A stretch of DNA of 64,000 nucleotides, from NCBI GenBank assembly GCA_949358305.1, contig OX442314.1:20336001-20400000 (forward strand). Reading direction: 5' to 3'. Of this stretch, positions 26,652 to 37,736 are shown piece by piece; the first letter of the stretch is position 1, and each line of letters opens with the position of its first letter. The notes beneath the pieces are model-generated. The model was not told the origin of the DNA, did no database searches, and was given only the letters and a program-made list of their open reading frames with translations. A program made the translations under genes and the position numbers. This DNA is from Strigamia acuminata. Lineage: Eukaryota.

Positions 26652-27212
26652 ATGCCAACGGAAGTGAGAGTTGGAAATCGGTCTCGTTTACGACAACGAT
26701 TAATTTTCTGTTTACAATGTACAACACTGAGTTTAGTCGGCGTATTAGCAACAGCAGGAGTCGTGTTAATAGTGTTTGGCGCGTGTTCCTTAGCTACGCG
26801 GCCTTGGCCACCGTCCACTCATGCTTTACTCACCGTGGTCGGTGGTGGACTCCTAATATTAATATGCTTGGGACTTCTCGTTTCCCTCTGTCTATGGACT
26901 GGCACTTGTTGGCCTCTGACTCATCCTCGGCGGCGCCTCACCATAGAAGAATCTCCACCTGTCATTTTACTCGATGCAGTGGCCACTCCATGTATGTCTA
27001 AAACCAGACAGGAACCCAGGTGAATTGATTTAATTTGATTTAATTTAATTTGATTGACTTTGTTTGGTAAATATTTTGTTATTTTTAGGTATTTATCGCC
27101 TGGTGTGTACCGGAGTGTTGTGTCAGGTGGAATGTACGCCCCATTGGCCCAAGAGGAGGAATTAACGCCATCTCTCCGTTCATCATTCTACAGTGCGGAA
27201 GATTTATCATAA
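26652..27212 (+). CDS. Small two-TM membrane protein (exons 26652-27019, 27090-27212)
   Basis: FCLQC, then TM1 (LSLVGVLATAGVVLIVFGA), TM2 (LLTVVGGGLLILICLGLLVSLCLW) and PRRR. A phase-2 splice gives the tail RYLSPGVYRSV...SFYSAEDLS*. Confidence 0.75.
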
Positions 27213-28615
27213 ATGAGAAAATTTGTTGTTGTGTAGTTGTAGATTTGATATTGGCATTCAGAAAGTGTTGTTGGTGTTTAAAAAAGTCATTTTATTAAGC
27301 TTTTTAAGCGCGGTATTATACATTTAATCATACACATGCGTTATCACTGCCAATGCTCGTTTGTAAATGAAAAGTTTTGATATAGGAAATATGTTGTAAA
27401 ATTTTTGTATAAAGTATTTAAATTTTAGGATTTAAACATTGTTTTGAGTAAAAATTAATTCTACGAAGTTTTTAACAATTTTTTTATAACACCATGTGGG
27501 AAGGGAAACTAAACATCTTTAATTTATCTCGATTTATTTTAGGTCCACACCCAACTGCTGACATCTGTTGGTGAAATATTCATTATATTTAAGTAAGGTC
27601 GAACGAATGAGTTTGTTGTCTGAAAAATAGAATTAGCGCTGGATGAGAGGTTCGAACAGAATTAAATTAATCAATTGACGACCATTTTCTGTCAATTTTC
27701 TCTGATTAATTGTATAAACTAAAGATACTGAATTTCTCATTTTATTTTAAGACTAATAGGCGAAGGAAATGCCATGTGGTTGCTCCACCCGTTGCGTGTG
27801 GCAGATCCACCCATTCTAAATTGGCTGGTAAATGACGCAAGTATTAATTGACGCTATTTGATTTAAAGAAACCCATCTAATAGGTATTTTTATTTTATTT
27901 TTTTTCATTATAAATTTTAGTTCTATTTTCTATATGATAATTTTAAATAACAAAACCGTAGATTTAACGGAATTTAATCAAGACGCCATTAAATCTTGTT
28001 TATTTATTCAGTTAGAGTAATGGAAATACTATAGGACCATTTGTCTACAAGCGCCTTTTAAAATTCTCAGAATCGGTTTCATTCATTGCATTGGCCTTGA
28101 GCTTTCTATTTGTTTTTATTGTGTGATCATTTCGTCCGTTTCCTCAAAAGCAATTTCTGGAATTGGAAATGTGCTGCAATTAAGTTAAATGATTATTTGT
28201 TTGTACAACTTTAATTCGAAAGAAAAACACCACTTTCCGGCTCTTAATTCCAAGAAAATGGTTAGCTGAAAGGAAAAGAAATTACAGGATGCTTAAAAAT
28301 AGATAGTTTTGTGCAAACACATTTTATAAAGAGGAAATATTTCTACGAATTTCAAAAAAAGAAAAATTTTTTTTGTTTTGTTTATTACCGTAACAAAAAA
28401 TTCTCACCTACATTATATTTATGTGTAGGCTACAAATTTCTGAATTTAACTGAAGAAGGAGACTGAATCATTAGGAGAGGGGAAAAAAGTGCCCTGTTAT
28501 ATATTATGGTAGATATCGGAGGATTTAACTAGAAAATCTCTGGTTGAAAAAACGAAGCGGCTTGGATTCTGAGGAGTCCTGAGCCGTGAGTCGAACTCAG
28601 CTCTCCCAAGGTGTG

Positions 28616-28735
28616 TGTGATGTTCCGGTACTTCTCTCTGTGGGTTCTTCTTGGTTAATGAAAACCGAGTCAAAATAATTTGAAGTCTCTTTGGCACAAA
28701 ATGTTTTCAGAAATTTTTACTAGCTAGGCAAAACA
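28616..28735 (-). repeat. 3' LTR (the part shared with the 5' copy)
   Basis: Near-identical to 30751-30876. Confidence 0.9.
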
Positions 28736-29115
28736 GGAAAAAGGTAAACTAATACAACACAATACAATACAATTACCCATACTAACTGACACACATGATA
28801 TAACATACTGTAACTAAAAATAAACACTCTTCAACTGACATAAATTCAACACTAACAAATATTATAGAAAATATTATAAATGATAAAATGTTAATCTTAA
28901 ATCCTCCTTGGGATTTAATCCTCCTTGGGATTTAAAAATAGAAATAAACCCTTAAACCTAACAATAGTAAGAACACACAAAATTGACATAAAACACACTA
29001 AAATTGTAAACACAAAATATAAAATACAAAAGAGAAAATAAAGCAAATATAAAATAAAACAAAATAGAATTGCATTTTTATTATATTTCTTTCAAGGATA
29101 ATCTCCCCATGATAA

Positions 29116-29502
29116 TTATTCTTCACCTTCTTTACCCTCAAAGGCATTTTTGTATGTAGCTTGAGCTTCTTCTTCTGTGATGACCAATCGTGCCTCCTCC
29201 ATCTCTCTCTGCTCCTGCTGTCTTCCCTGCTCTATTAACGTTTCTCTCTGGTTCATCGGAACCGCTTCTCCAACTTGTCTGATAGGTCTAAGAGCCAAAT
29301 GCAGCTGTCTTCTGGCAGCTCGTCCTCGTCCCCAATCTCGCTCCACTGGAACCTCTCGTTGGAGCAGCTGAGGGACTGGTCTTCCTTGCAACAACATTTC
29401 TTCTCTTCTTCTTAATTGATAGTATAAATGCAATTTTTCAACAAACTGAACACAGATATTCAGAAGAGATAGCACAAACTCTAAAACCATCAGGGCAAAC
29501 AT
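29116..29502 (-). CDS. Intact 128-aa accessory ORF inside the LTR element (N-terminal hydrophobic helix, Arg/Glu/Gln-rich tail)
   Basis: Intronless ATG...TAA ORF, co-oriented with env, lying between env and the 3' LTR. No recognised homology. Confidence 0.55.
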   Translation of the reverse strand: MFALMVLEFVLSLLNICVQFVEKLHLYYQLRRREEMLLQGRPVPQLLQREVPVERDWGRGRAARRQLHLALRPIRQVGEAVPMNQRETLIEQGRQQEQREMEEARLVITEEEAQATYKNAFEGKEGEE

Positions 29503-29836
29503 CGTGAGTGTTATGATTTCCCGTTTTCCTTCTGTATTTCCTTCTGTATTTTATTCCTTTCCAACTTGTGATCAGATTTCTCCTCTCAATCTCTTGTTCT
29601 CCTGACACCTAGTTCTCATTTCATCGTTCTAAACTGTCACTATCACATATACATAATAGTAACTCAATTTTTCTTAAGTTATTTCCATATTCTATGCACT
29701 CAAAATACTTTACATACAATATCTTTAAACATTAACAATACTTTTAAATAATTATCAAAATAAAATACTTAAAATATACATCAATTTTACAATTTTCAGA
29801 GCAAAGCAATGTTAAGCATAGCAATAAAATATTAAA

Positions 29837-30670
29837 TCAAGTTACTATAATTCTTCTCGGAGTCCTGTTTGAACTTTCTTCTCTTTCAATTGTTCTCTTA
29901 GGACTTCTCTGTCCCCTATTAATCTCATCTATTTCTTCTAATCTAGTATTATCCAAACCAACTTCCTTTTTATTTGTATTCTTCTTACTCCTTTTGTTTC
30001 TATTCCTATATCTCAAGGCCTGATATTTTATATTCCAACCATTACATATAATTTTACTAATTATGAAAAGAAAAACTAATGAAGTTAAACTAATATTTAT
30101 AATTGACAAAACTAAAGTTATTATGAATAGTGTAAACTGATTCCTCCCCATTCATTCTACTCAACTCCATTTGTATGTGATTCATAGTCATGCCATCACC
30201 TTTTGTAAAATTACTCCCCATATCAGTTTTTCGTGATTGAATGTCTGTGGTGTTTGCTTTTAACTTTAACTCTGACAAAAGTATCAATTCAGAATCAAGC
30301 CAATAATCTGGCATAACTGGAATAAAAAAATTTTGCTTTTTAGAATTTAAGGAAACAGTTCCATAAAAAAGGATGATAGCTGAAATCCTTCCCCAATGAG
30401 TGTACAAGAAGGTGGCAAGGTCAAAGTACCAACTCGAACAGCAAGTGTTTTTAAGGTTTTTTTAATTCCATATTCTTCTTCCTGAGGACAACTTACTAAA
30501 ACTTTTTGCTCATATGCAATACTATATATCCATAACCCTTATTTTATTTAACTTATAAAAAGTTGGCCAATGACCCAAAATATCTTTTCTTTCACAACTC
30601 ATTGTAATGATATTTATATCTCCTAAGAACAATGCATATCCACAATGATAAACACAAAAGTTAGTGGATA
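29837..30670 (-). pseudogene. Frameshifted C-terminal part of a class I fusion (baculovirus F / errantivirus env-like) glycoprotein
   Basis: Joining frames gives HCGYALFLGDINIITMSCERKDILGHWPTFYKLNK/LWIYSIAYEQKVLVSCPQEE...RVGTLTLPPSCTLIGEGFQLSS/...IQMELSRM/NQFTLFIITLVLSIINISLTSLVFLFII (TM) plus a basic tail. About three frameshifts (near 30537, 30365, 30148). Confidence 0.75.
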
Positions 30671-30718
30671 TTTATATATAGCTAGGCTAATAAATCTAAA
30701 TCATCATCAGTATTTCTG

Positions 30719-30749
30719 GGCGTGGGTTCAAATCCCACTTCTGACACCA
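30719..30749 (-). other. Primer-binding site complementary to the tRNA-Leu 3' end including CCA (31 nt)
   Basis: Plus strand GGCGTGGGTTCAAATCCCACTTCTGACACCA matches the T-arm, acceptor stem and CCA of tRNA-Leu(CAG/CAA). On the minus strand TGGTGTCAGAAGTGGGAT starts 1 nt after the LTR end. Confidence 0.92.
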
Positions 30750-30750
30750 G

Positions 30751-30876
30751 TGTGATGTTCTGGTACCGGTACTTCTCTCTGTGGGTTCTTCTTGGTTAAT
30801 GAAAACCAAGTCAAAATAATTTGAAGTCTCTTGGGCACAAAATGTTTTCAGAACCTTTTACTAGCTAGGCAAAACA
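30751..30876 (-). repeat. 5' LTR (possibly 5'-truncated)
   Basis: Near-identical to 28616-28735 and directly followed by the PBS. Confidence 0.9.
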
Positions 30877-31205
30877 GCAACATTTGGATTCTACCGACCC
30901 TTGGGATTATCAGCATTAAAACGGTGATGATTAGATATTTTGTAGCTATGCAAAATTAGTTTTAATATGTGGAAGTGATAATTGTTATTTAGCTTCGCGA
31001 AATGCATGAGATACATCTAAACCATCTAATATATGCATCTACATGACAGAATGCTTTCTAAGAATTCCAAATTTGAGACAATTTTTTAATTTATTGATTA
31101 AAATTCTGAACTACATTACAATTACATGTAAGCTACAACTTTAAGAAATCATATATACAGTGAGTAATGGCCATTTACTTTCTCATTTTCCTTCTGCTTT
31201 TTTTT

Positions 31206-33776
31206 TTAACTGAAACAGTAAGTGACAATAATAATAAAAATGAAACAATAGGAGAGGAAAAAAATACGATCGATAGCTGTGGCAAGTGTGATCCAATCAT
31301 CACTTTGATTTTTTTCGAAATCCCCTTCTGGCATCTCCATATTATCATGCGCTTCGTTTGAGGTTAATAAATCGGATTCCACCTGTTGAAGAACATTTTT
31401 AATCAGAATACCATTAAAGAAAGTAACTTAGTAATATCATGGTCGAAAGGAATCCATGTCGAAAATAATTTGTTAACATAAAAAAAATTTCGAAATTCGG
31501 GTGACAACCCCATTGTATCAGGTCCTTCTCCTGGGCTGTGCTTAACTAGTGTACTCATTGAGGAAAAGGCATCTGATCAGCGGGTTAAAATTGAAAGAAC
31601 TGATACGTAGAATCTTACACTTTCTTTGGCTTGTGGCAGACATAAAATCCATCCTAATCTTCCATTCAACAGCCTCAACAGAAAATCAAATCCAGATGAG
31701 TTTTGTTGAGTTTTTGTCATATTGTAGGTAAACATGCCCAAAACCAGAGATAGGACGGCAAATATGAGTGAGAGGCATAAAAACAACACTGAAATAAAAA
31801 GAAGTGGCAGTGGATCAAACTATTTCTTTCGTTTATATTCATAACTTACCTATTCCAGGTATTTGATAGAAACTGCCTTCTAACACAAAATGTAGGTGAA
31901 GCATTAGAATTACCAGGTAGATCATATTGAACACAGACAATGTTAACTTTTCTCCAGCCATTGGTGGAAGCCAAAATCCAATGAGAATGAATATCATAAT
32001 ATAAATAGATGGTAGAAGAATCGTAAAAGTATAAAATTGAGATATCCTAAGAAGAAAGTATTCGGTGAGGGGGAAAATTCTGAATAATTATTTTCAATCA
32101 CCTCTTCAATTGCAAATGATAAGTGATGTCTGGATATGGTTCTGCACAGCATGAATAATACTTATCACTTTTTGTTATATTAACTGATGTTACTTTCCAT
32201 TCGTGGTGTGCTGTTTTGTAATCCTTAAGTATTTCCTATCAAGGTGAATTAAGTGAAGAAAGAAGACTTAGATGTACATATTAACCGTATAACTTAAAAT
32301 TGTATTGCTTTCATTGGCTGTAGTTTAAATTTAAATTAATTGGGTGATAGTTGAAATCAATATTTTGAAAATTTTTCAAAAATGATTAAGTTCTTAAATT
32401 AGAGGCGCCCGATCTAGAAGGAGTCTTCCTGAAGACTGGGCACTTCTCTAGACCGGCACTTTATGTGGGTCTATAGGAAGTTCACTGTAATTTAATTAGA
32501 AACAGTAGTGGGTGAATTCAATCTTTTAGCTATAAATGGTTTATTTGGTTTAAACAAACCAAACGAAATAAAGCACTTTATGACTTATATTAAATGCACA
32601 TCTACTTACAGTTGAATCGTTGGTAGCCAATTTCAAATCCACCATAAACCCATCATAAGTCCAACTGCCGTACTTAATAATACATTCGTGCTCATCAAAT
32701 GGAAATGAACGGAGATCATGGAAATAACACTTGAATTTTACGGTAACTGGGGGTACCCACAAAATAGTACCATTGTTATTCAGAATTGCCAATGTCTGAC
32801 CAAAATCTGCTGCGTGCTCTGAAGATGCACTGACACCAAAAGAGAACAAATAGTTACTACAGTATAATGGATTAAACATATTATTTGGTTCACCGATACC
32901 ACATTACTCTGCTATCTCTGGCATTCCGGTATACATGCCACAATTCTTGTGTGTGATCATGCAATCCCAATTTTTGAGTATGGGAATAAGGGTCGCCACA
33001 GCTAATTTCACATACTGTAAATCTAGCCCCCATGCCCAAATACGGTTTCAAAATTTAAACTGTAAATCTCTAAAGTTGGGATTTTCACTTATAACGACAT
33101 GTCACAGATTGTAGCAGGGATATACAGTACAGGCAGTAAATAAAAAGTCAAAAGTACAGTATAACATAATATGTTGAATTTTTATAGAAAATTTATAATT
33201 ACTGGTTGTATACTGTGATATCAGGTTTCCATATGAGATCGGGAGGGACTCTCAGATAAGTAATTCCACCAAAATTATCTTTGTTCCATTTGAATGCATT
33301 ATCATGCCAGGACTAGGTTATTTAATAAAATATATTAAAAATAATAATAATAATTGTGACTTGACAGAATTTTCTAACCAATTGAAGCCATCCATAAATC
33401 AAAACATATCCCTTTGATGGATTCTGGAAGTAAACATACGGTATTAATTTCATATTAATTTTGAGATGACTGTAATTGTAAGTTAATACACTTACAACTT
33501 CAGTTACATGTATGACACGGAGCCCTAGTTGTAGAGTAAGTGTTTGGTTTTGATATTCCACTGGCCTTCTAGTTGTCTCATAGTCTTGTCTGTGAAGGAA
33601 CAACTGTTCGCGAAGCTTCTTTTCATAATTGATTCGACCGGCCGCTGAAAAAATACTCTGGAATACTTAGTACAGATGGAATTTATAAAGAAACATTAGA
33701 AATATAAAATAATAAATATACCCAACGCTTGTTGCAGAATTATGCAGAACGTTGTTGTGTATAAAACAGCAAACAT
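31206..33776 (-). CDS. Divergent nicotinic acetylcholine receptor alpha-type subunit (Cys-loop channel), multi-exon
   Basis: Signal peptide, WKPDITVYN, GTILWVPP, Cys-loop C..FPFDEHEC..KYGSWTYDG, loop C YYSCCAEPYPDITY with vicinal Cys, FWLPP.AGEK before M2, short M3-M4 loop, DWITLATAIDRIFF M4. Confidence 0.93.
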
Positions 33777-34592
33777 GTCAACCTGCACTCGAGTCTTCGA
33801 GCTGGTGTTTAAAGTGGCGGACACAGGAAATGGTCTAACTCAGTTTGAAAGAAGATAATTGAAAGACAATTTATGTGATAGCAGTCAATAAAACCCTCTT
33901 ATCATTATTATAGGTTTTATTTAGTTTTAAAAAAATCTAGATTTTTAAATAGATTCCTGTTGATTATAAACATCGTAAAAATTAAAAATAAATCATTTGT
34001 GCTCATGCTGCGGGGTGCAGTAAAGTGGTTTTATGGTATTTATATAGATGTTTGTTATTCTATGAGTAAAATGAGGTAGATTTACAACACAATGAGTTTT
34101 TACCAGTGTAAATTCTGTGCAAAATAAAAATTCAGCTTTTAATCTTAATTTTTGACTAGATACATTTGGTAGCTGTCATTCAACAGCGGTATAATTGTTT
34201 AAGATATTTTCAGAAGAGAAAATGTGAACATTCATTATAATATCGTTGATCATTTGCTCCTAGAGCTTCACAGATTTATTTTTCGTAGTAATCTCATGGA
34301 ATGACAATTTAAAATTTGTTTTGGTTTCAACATTTAACATTGAAAAAAAACTCATGAATAAAATTATTTGCTCGTTGCATCAAACATCGAACTGTTCCAA
34401 TGTGGAAAGTTGATTTTGACACAAACATATTGTCCAAAAAATTCTGATAATTGTTATTTTATGATATTCCGATGGTAAAAACACGAGACTTCGTTGTGAG
34501 TTTAATGAATAAATCATTTCATTTTTATAAATTAAATTCTAGATTTTCTCAGAAAGAAATGTCCGTCTATCCTGGTGATGTGTAAAGCCTTA

Positions 34593-35454
34593 TTAAATAA
34601 TATCTTCATGATATTGAAACCGAGAAGGGTATTTCGAAGACCAAACTTCATCGTAACGGGGCGGATAGACGTCAGTAGGCCGATATTCTGCTCTGAAAAT
34701 GATCACAAATTGTAAATATTAGAATCTCATTTCATCTAACCACCCGAATTCATTATTTAAAAAAAAATAAAACGGAGTAGTACGTGCCCTAAATATCATA
34801 AATTTGTGCAATCACTGAAAATCGTATTTACTTGCACAAATTAATGAATTATGGGGTACTGTACAATAAAATACTTTATTTGTTTATTTATTTACCCTGA
34901 AGCAGGTGTACAGCGGTATAAAAACGGCTCTTCAGCTGGTCGTTCTTGCGGTATGCATCCATGTGGACATCTTTGAGTTGAAGAACCAGGAAGAATTGTG
35001 AGTGGATATTCAAAAACACCATCTTCAGTTATGGGGCAAGTTGCAATTGTGTGTCTTTGCATAGCTCTTTGTCGACGCTTATTAGTTCTGCGCACGTAAC
35101 AGTGAATTGATAGTAAGAGAGTACTAACACCACCGAGTAATATCCCAATATACACAAAAACAACATATTCACTATGATTCTGACTGTGCAGAACACCACC
35201 AGCAACGGCTAAGGCAAATCCAACCATTATGCAAGCAACAAAAATCACCTAAATAAACAGATAAATGTGAACGGTTGACGTATTTAGATATTATATATTT
35301 ATAAGATTAATACCTGCAAGAAGTAATAGCAGCACAGTTCACAACCAAACTGAACGCCTGGCTCGTGACATACTTCTCTTCGAAGTCTGACTTCTGTAAA
35401 ACCTCTTTGCAATGTGTCCCAGGACCGAGGATTGTGTCGTGATCCATCCGACAT
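34593..35454 (-). CDS. Small two-TM membrane protein with PPxY tail (three coding exons)
   Basis: GCELCCYYFLQ|VIFVACIMVGFALAVAGGVL (TM1), YVVFVYIGILLGGVSTLLLSIHCYV (TM2), RRTNKRRQR. The last exon via a phase-2 splice gives VYPPRYDEV...EDII*. Confidence 0.78.
34781..34863. mobile_element. Tiny degenerate foldback/MITE in an intron
   Basis: TACGTGCCCTAAATATCATAAATTTGTGCAA versus TTGCACAAATTAATGAATTATGGGGTACTGTA (imperfect inverted arms with TA ends). Confidence 0.45.
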
Positions 35455-37736
35455 GGCGCAGGCATTTCGCCTGCAACTATCTAACAACGATGGAACTATG
35501 CCTGTGGACGCAAATAAAAACATTTAACGTTTAACATTTAACAAGAAAATTAATAATGAAAAAAAAAAAACAGGTTTATGTGTTACCTCTACCTGACGTA
35601 GTAAATACACAAGTTTGACCCCCTGTAACTGCCCCCCCTGACGTCCAAAACTTCTGCATACGGTATGCACCGTCATATTTTTTGACATAGTCACGTTTAG
35701 GTGACTGATTACGGCAGACAACAAATCTGCCCTTGAATCCATGTTTAGTAAGGTGCTATTGAACTCGGTTTTTTTTTCAGTTTTGCCGTTGTGAGTTGAC
35801 ATTATATTTTGTTATGTTACCTTGAAACAGGTCACTGAATTAATTTTTGGAGAATTTTAGACATTTTCCACAGAAACTATATAATTAATACGGAGTAGAA
35901 TTTTAACGTTTTTTGCTGACTGAATTTTAAATTACGCCTTTGAATGCCCTTAAAACCGATTGCAGAACGTTTGCAAATGAAATATTAATGCTAATGCTAA
36001 GGTATTCATCATTGAAAAGATTTTTTACTTTGATAACCACATCCGGGGGGATTTTCATCATATTCAAAAATCAAGGATCAATAAAACTTATCCTTGTTAA
36101 AATTATTTCATTACTCACATCAGCCCCCATTTACTTGCTTTATTTAAAACAAAATTCATCCGTTAAATGTACAACTATTATTTATTTCAAATGAAGACGA
36201 TAATTGATACCACTAAGTATAAGTAGTGATTCAACCAAGTGCTACATTGCATTTTCATGAATAAATACCTAAATAATGATTATATAGGTACATGTTGAAA
36301 AGTCTAATGATGGCAGTTGGTTCCCCTAAAGGCAAACTTGATTTTTTACCCTCAAATTTTTAAACCGGTCCATCGCTTTGTTATTAACCAAAACCGATTT
36401 TAGGGTATTTGTATTCTGACACACCCTTTCTTTTTTAAACTCGAAACTATCTTTTATTTTAATTTTTTTATTTTTTATTTTTTATTACCGGTATTTCTGA
36501 AAGTTTGAAGTCAAATTCCTGGTTCCAGTTGATGGAATCAGATAAATGCAATTCTCAGTGCTGCAATGAATGACTCAAGCACTTGGAATTTCACCTCAGA
36601 AGTGTTCTGAAGTTCAAGGAACGAAACAATGGTTTGATTGAATTCATATATTGGAAGAGTCGTTGGCACGTTTAAATGCCAGGTGATGTCATGACGAACA
36701 TTTCCATTCAAGGTTGAACGTGACTACTGACATTTTCAAATTAAAAGTTGGAAGAAAAAAAAGCTTTCACACGTGAAATGTAATAAATTTGAGCTGTTAA
36801 CAAGATGGTGAAAAATCTCGTTAGAAATTGGTCATGGTTTAATTGACCGGAAGTGAGGTTATTTGACAGATAGCGTGATTCTCGTTGGCCTCACATGGCA
36901 AGCATCAGCCCCGCCCAGTAATTTCCGAGTCAGGATTTTTTATTTTGACATCTTATAATGGATTAATTGGCTTCACCTGGCGGCTTTGGATCAAAACCCA
37001 TCCCCGAGGTCCCCGACAAACAAGCCACCATTTCGTTTTGAATTTAAAAATGCGAAAATAAAGTTGAAAAGGTACAAAGTCAATTTGACTGACAACTTGT
37101 CAAGTCATAAAATCAATCGGGAGATTTTCTCCCCATTTAGTTTCACCCATTTTCACACATTTATCACTCCTAACACTCTGCCCCTCCTTACCCCCTGCTG
37201 TCACTTGCAAAATCTCCCCTTTCTCAAGTCAGGTTCCAGTCAAATTGTCAACTACTTAAAACTTGTCTGGCATTTTATGCTTGTTATTTTTTTTTGAGGA
37301 AAAAATGTCCCAACGAATTTATGAAATGAAATTTAATATTTATTTTTTTATTTTTTGTTAAAAATTAATATTTTACAGATGTTAGATTTGATCAAGGTTA
37401 AGGTTAGAAGAAGAGGTGAAATCAAAGTTATGTAAGGCTTCTATTTTAAAGACAAGTTAAGTATAAAACAAAAATAAATGAACACGACTTACACAACAAG
37501 TGCAGCAGCAGTTTTGAGTTGGATTTCTCGACAGTGTTTCTTTCTTATTCTTTCTCCTCTCCTGCTGATGTGAGGCTGATGTGAGTTTGCAGTTGTAGAC
37601 TTGGTTCCTTGACCTTGCTCGGCTCATGGGATTGGCTGACTTCTGACGCCCCCTGTTGATCACAGTTGGTGATATGATAAAGGGTCCCAGAGAGAAGGAT
37701 AGAATGGGTCAAGTGCCAAGTAATGCTTGGACGCCC

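Larger units (their letters stand above)
28616..30876 (-). mobile_element. Internally deleted env-bearing LTR retroelement (Ty3/gypsy, errantivirus-like)
   Basis: Direct repeats 28616-28735 and 30751-30876 read TG...CA on the minus strand and differ by 4 substitutions and one 6-nt indel. A tRNA-Leu PBS abuts the right repeat, followed by an env remnant and an extra ORF. No gag/pol, no clear PPT, no TSD. Confidence 0.85.

Noticed and set aside
28473..28615. Plus-strand PPT (AGGAGAGGGGAAAAAAG) and TGTTAT start suggesting the opposite LTR orientation
   Set aside because: The PBS and both ORFs define the minus orientation, and this segment is not duplicated at the other end.
30719..30749. tRNA-Leu gene
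   Set aside because: Only the 3' third is present, CCA is encoded and it abuts an LTR, so it is a PBS and not a tRNA gene.
32405..32458. Small hairpin in an nAChR intron as a pre-miRNA or editing element
   Set aside because: The stem is short and imperfect, with no complementarity to an exon found.
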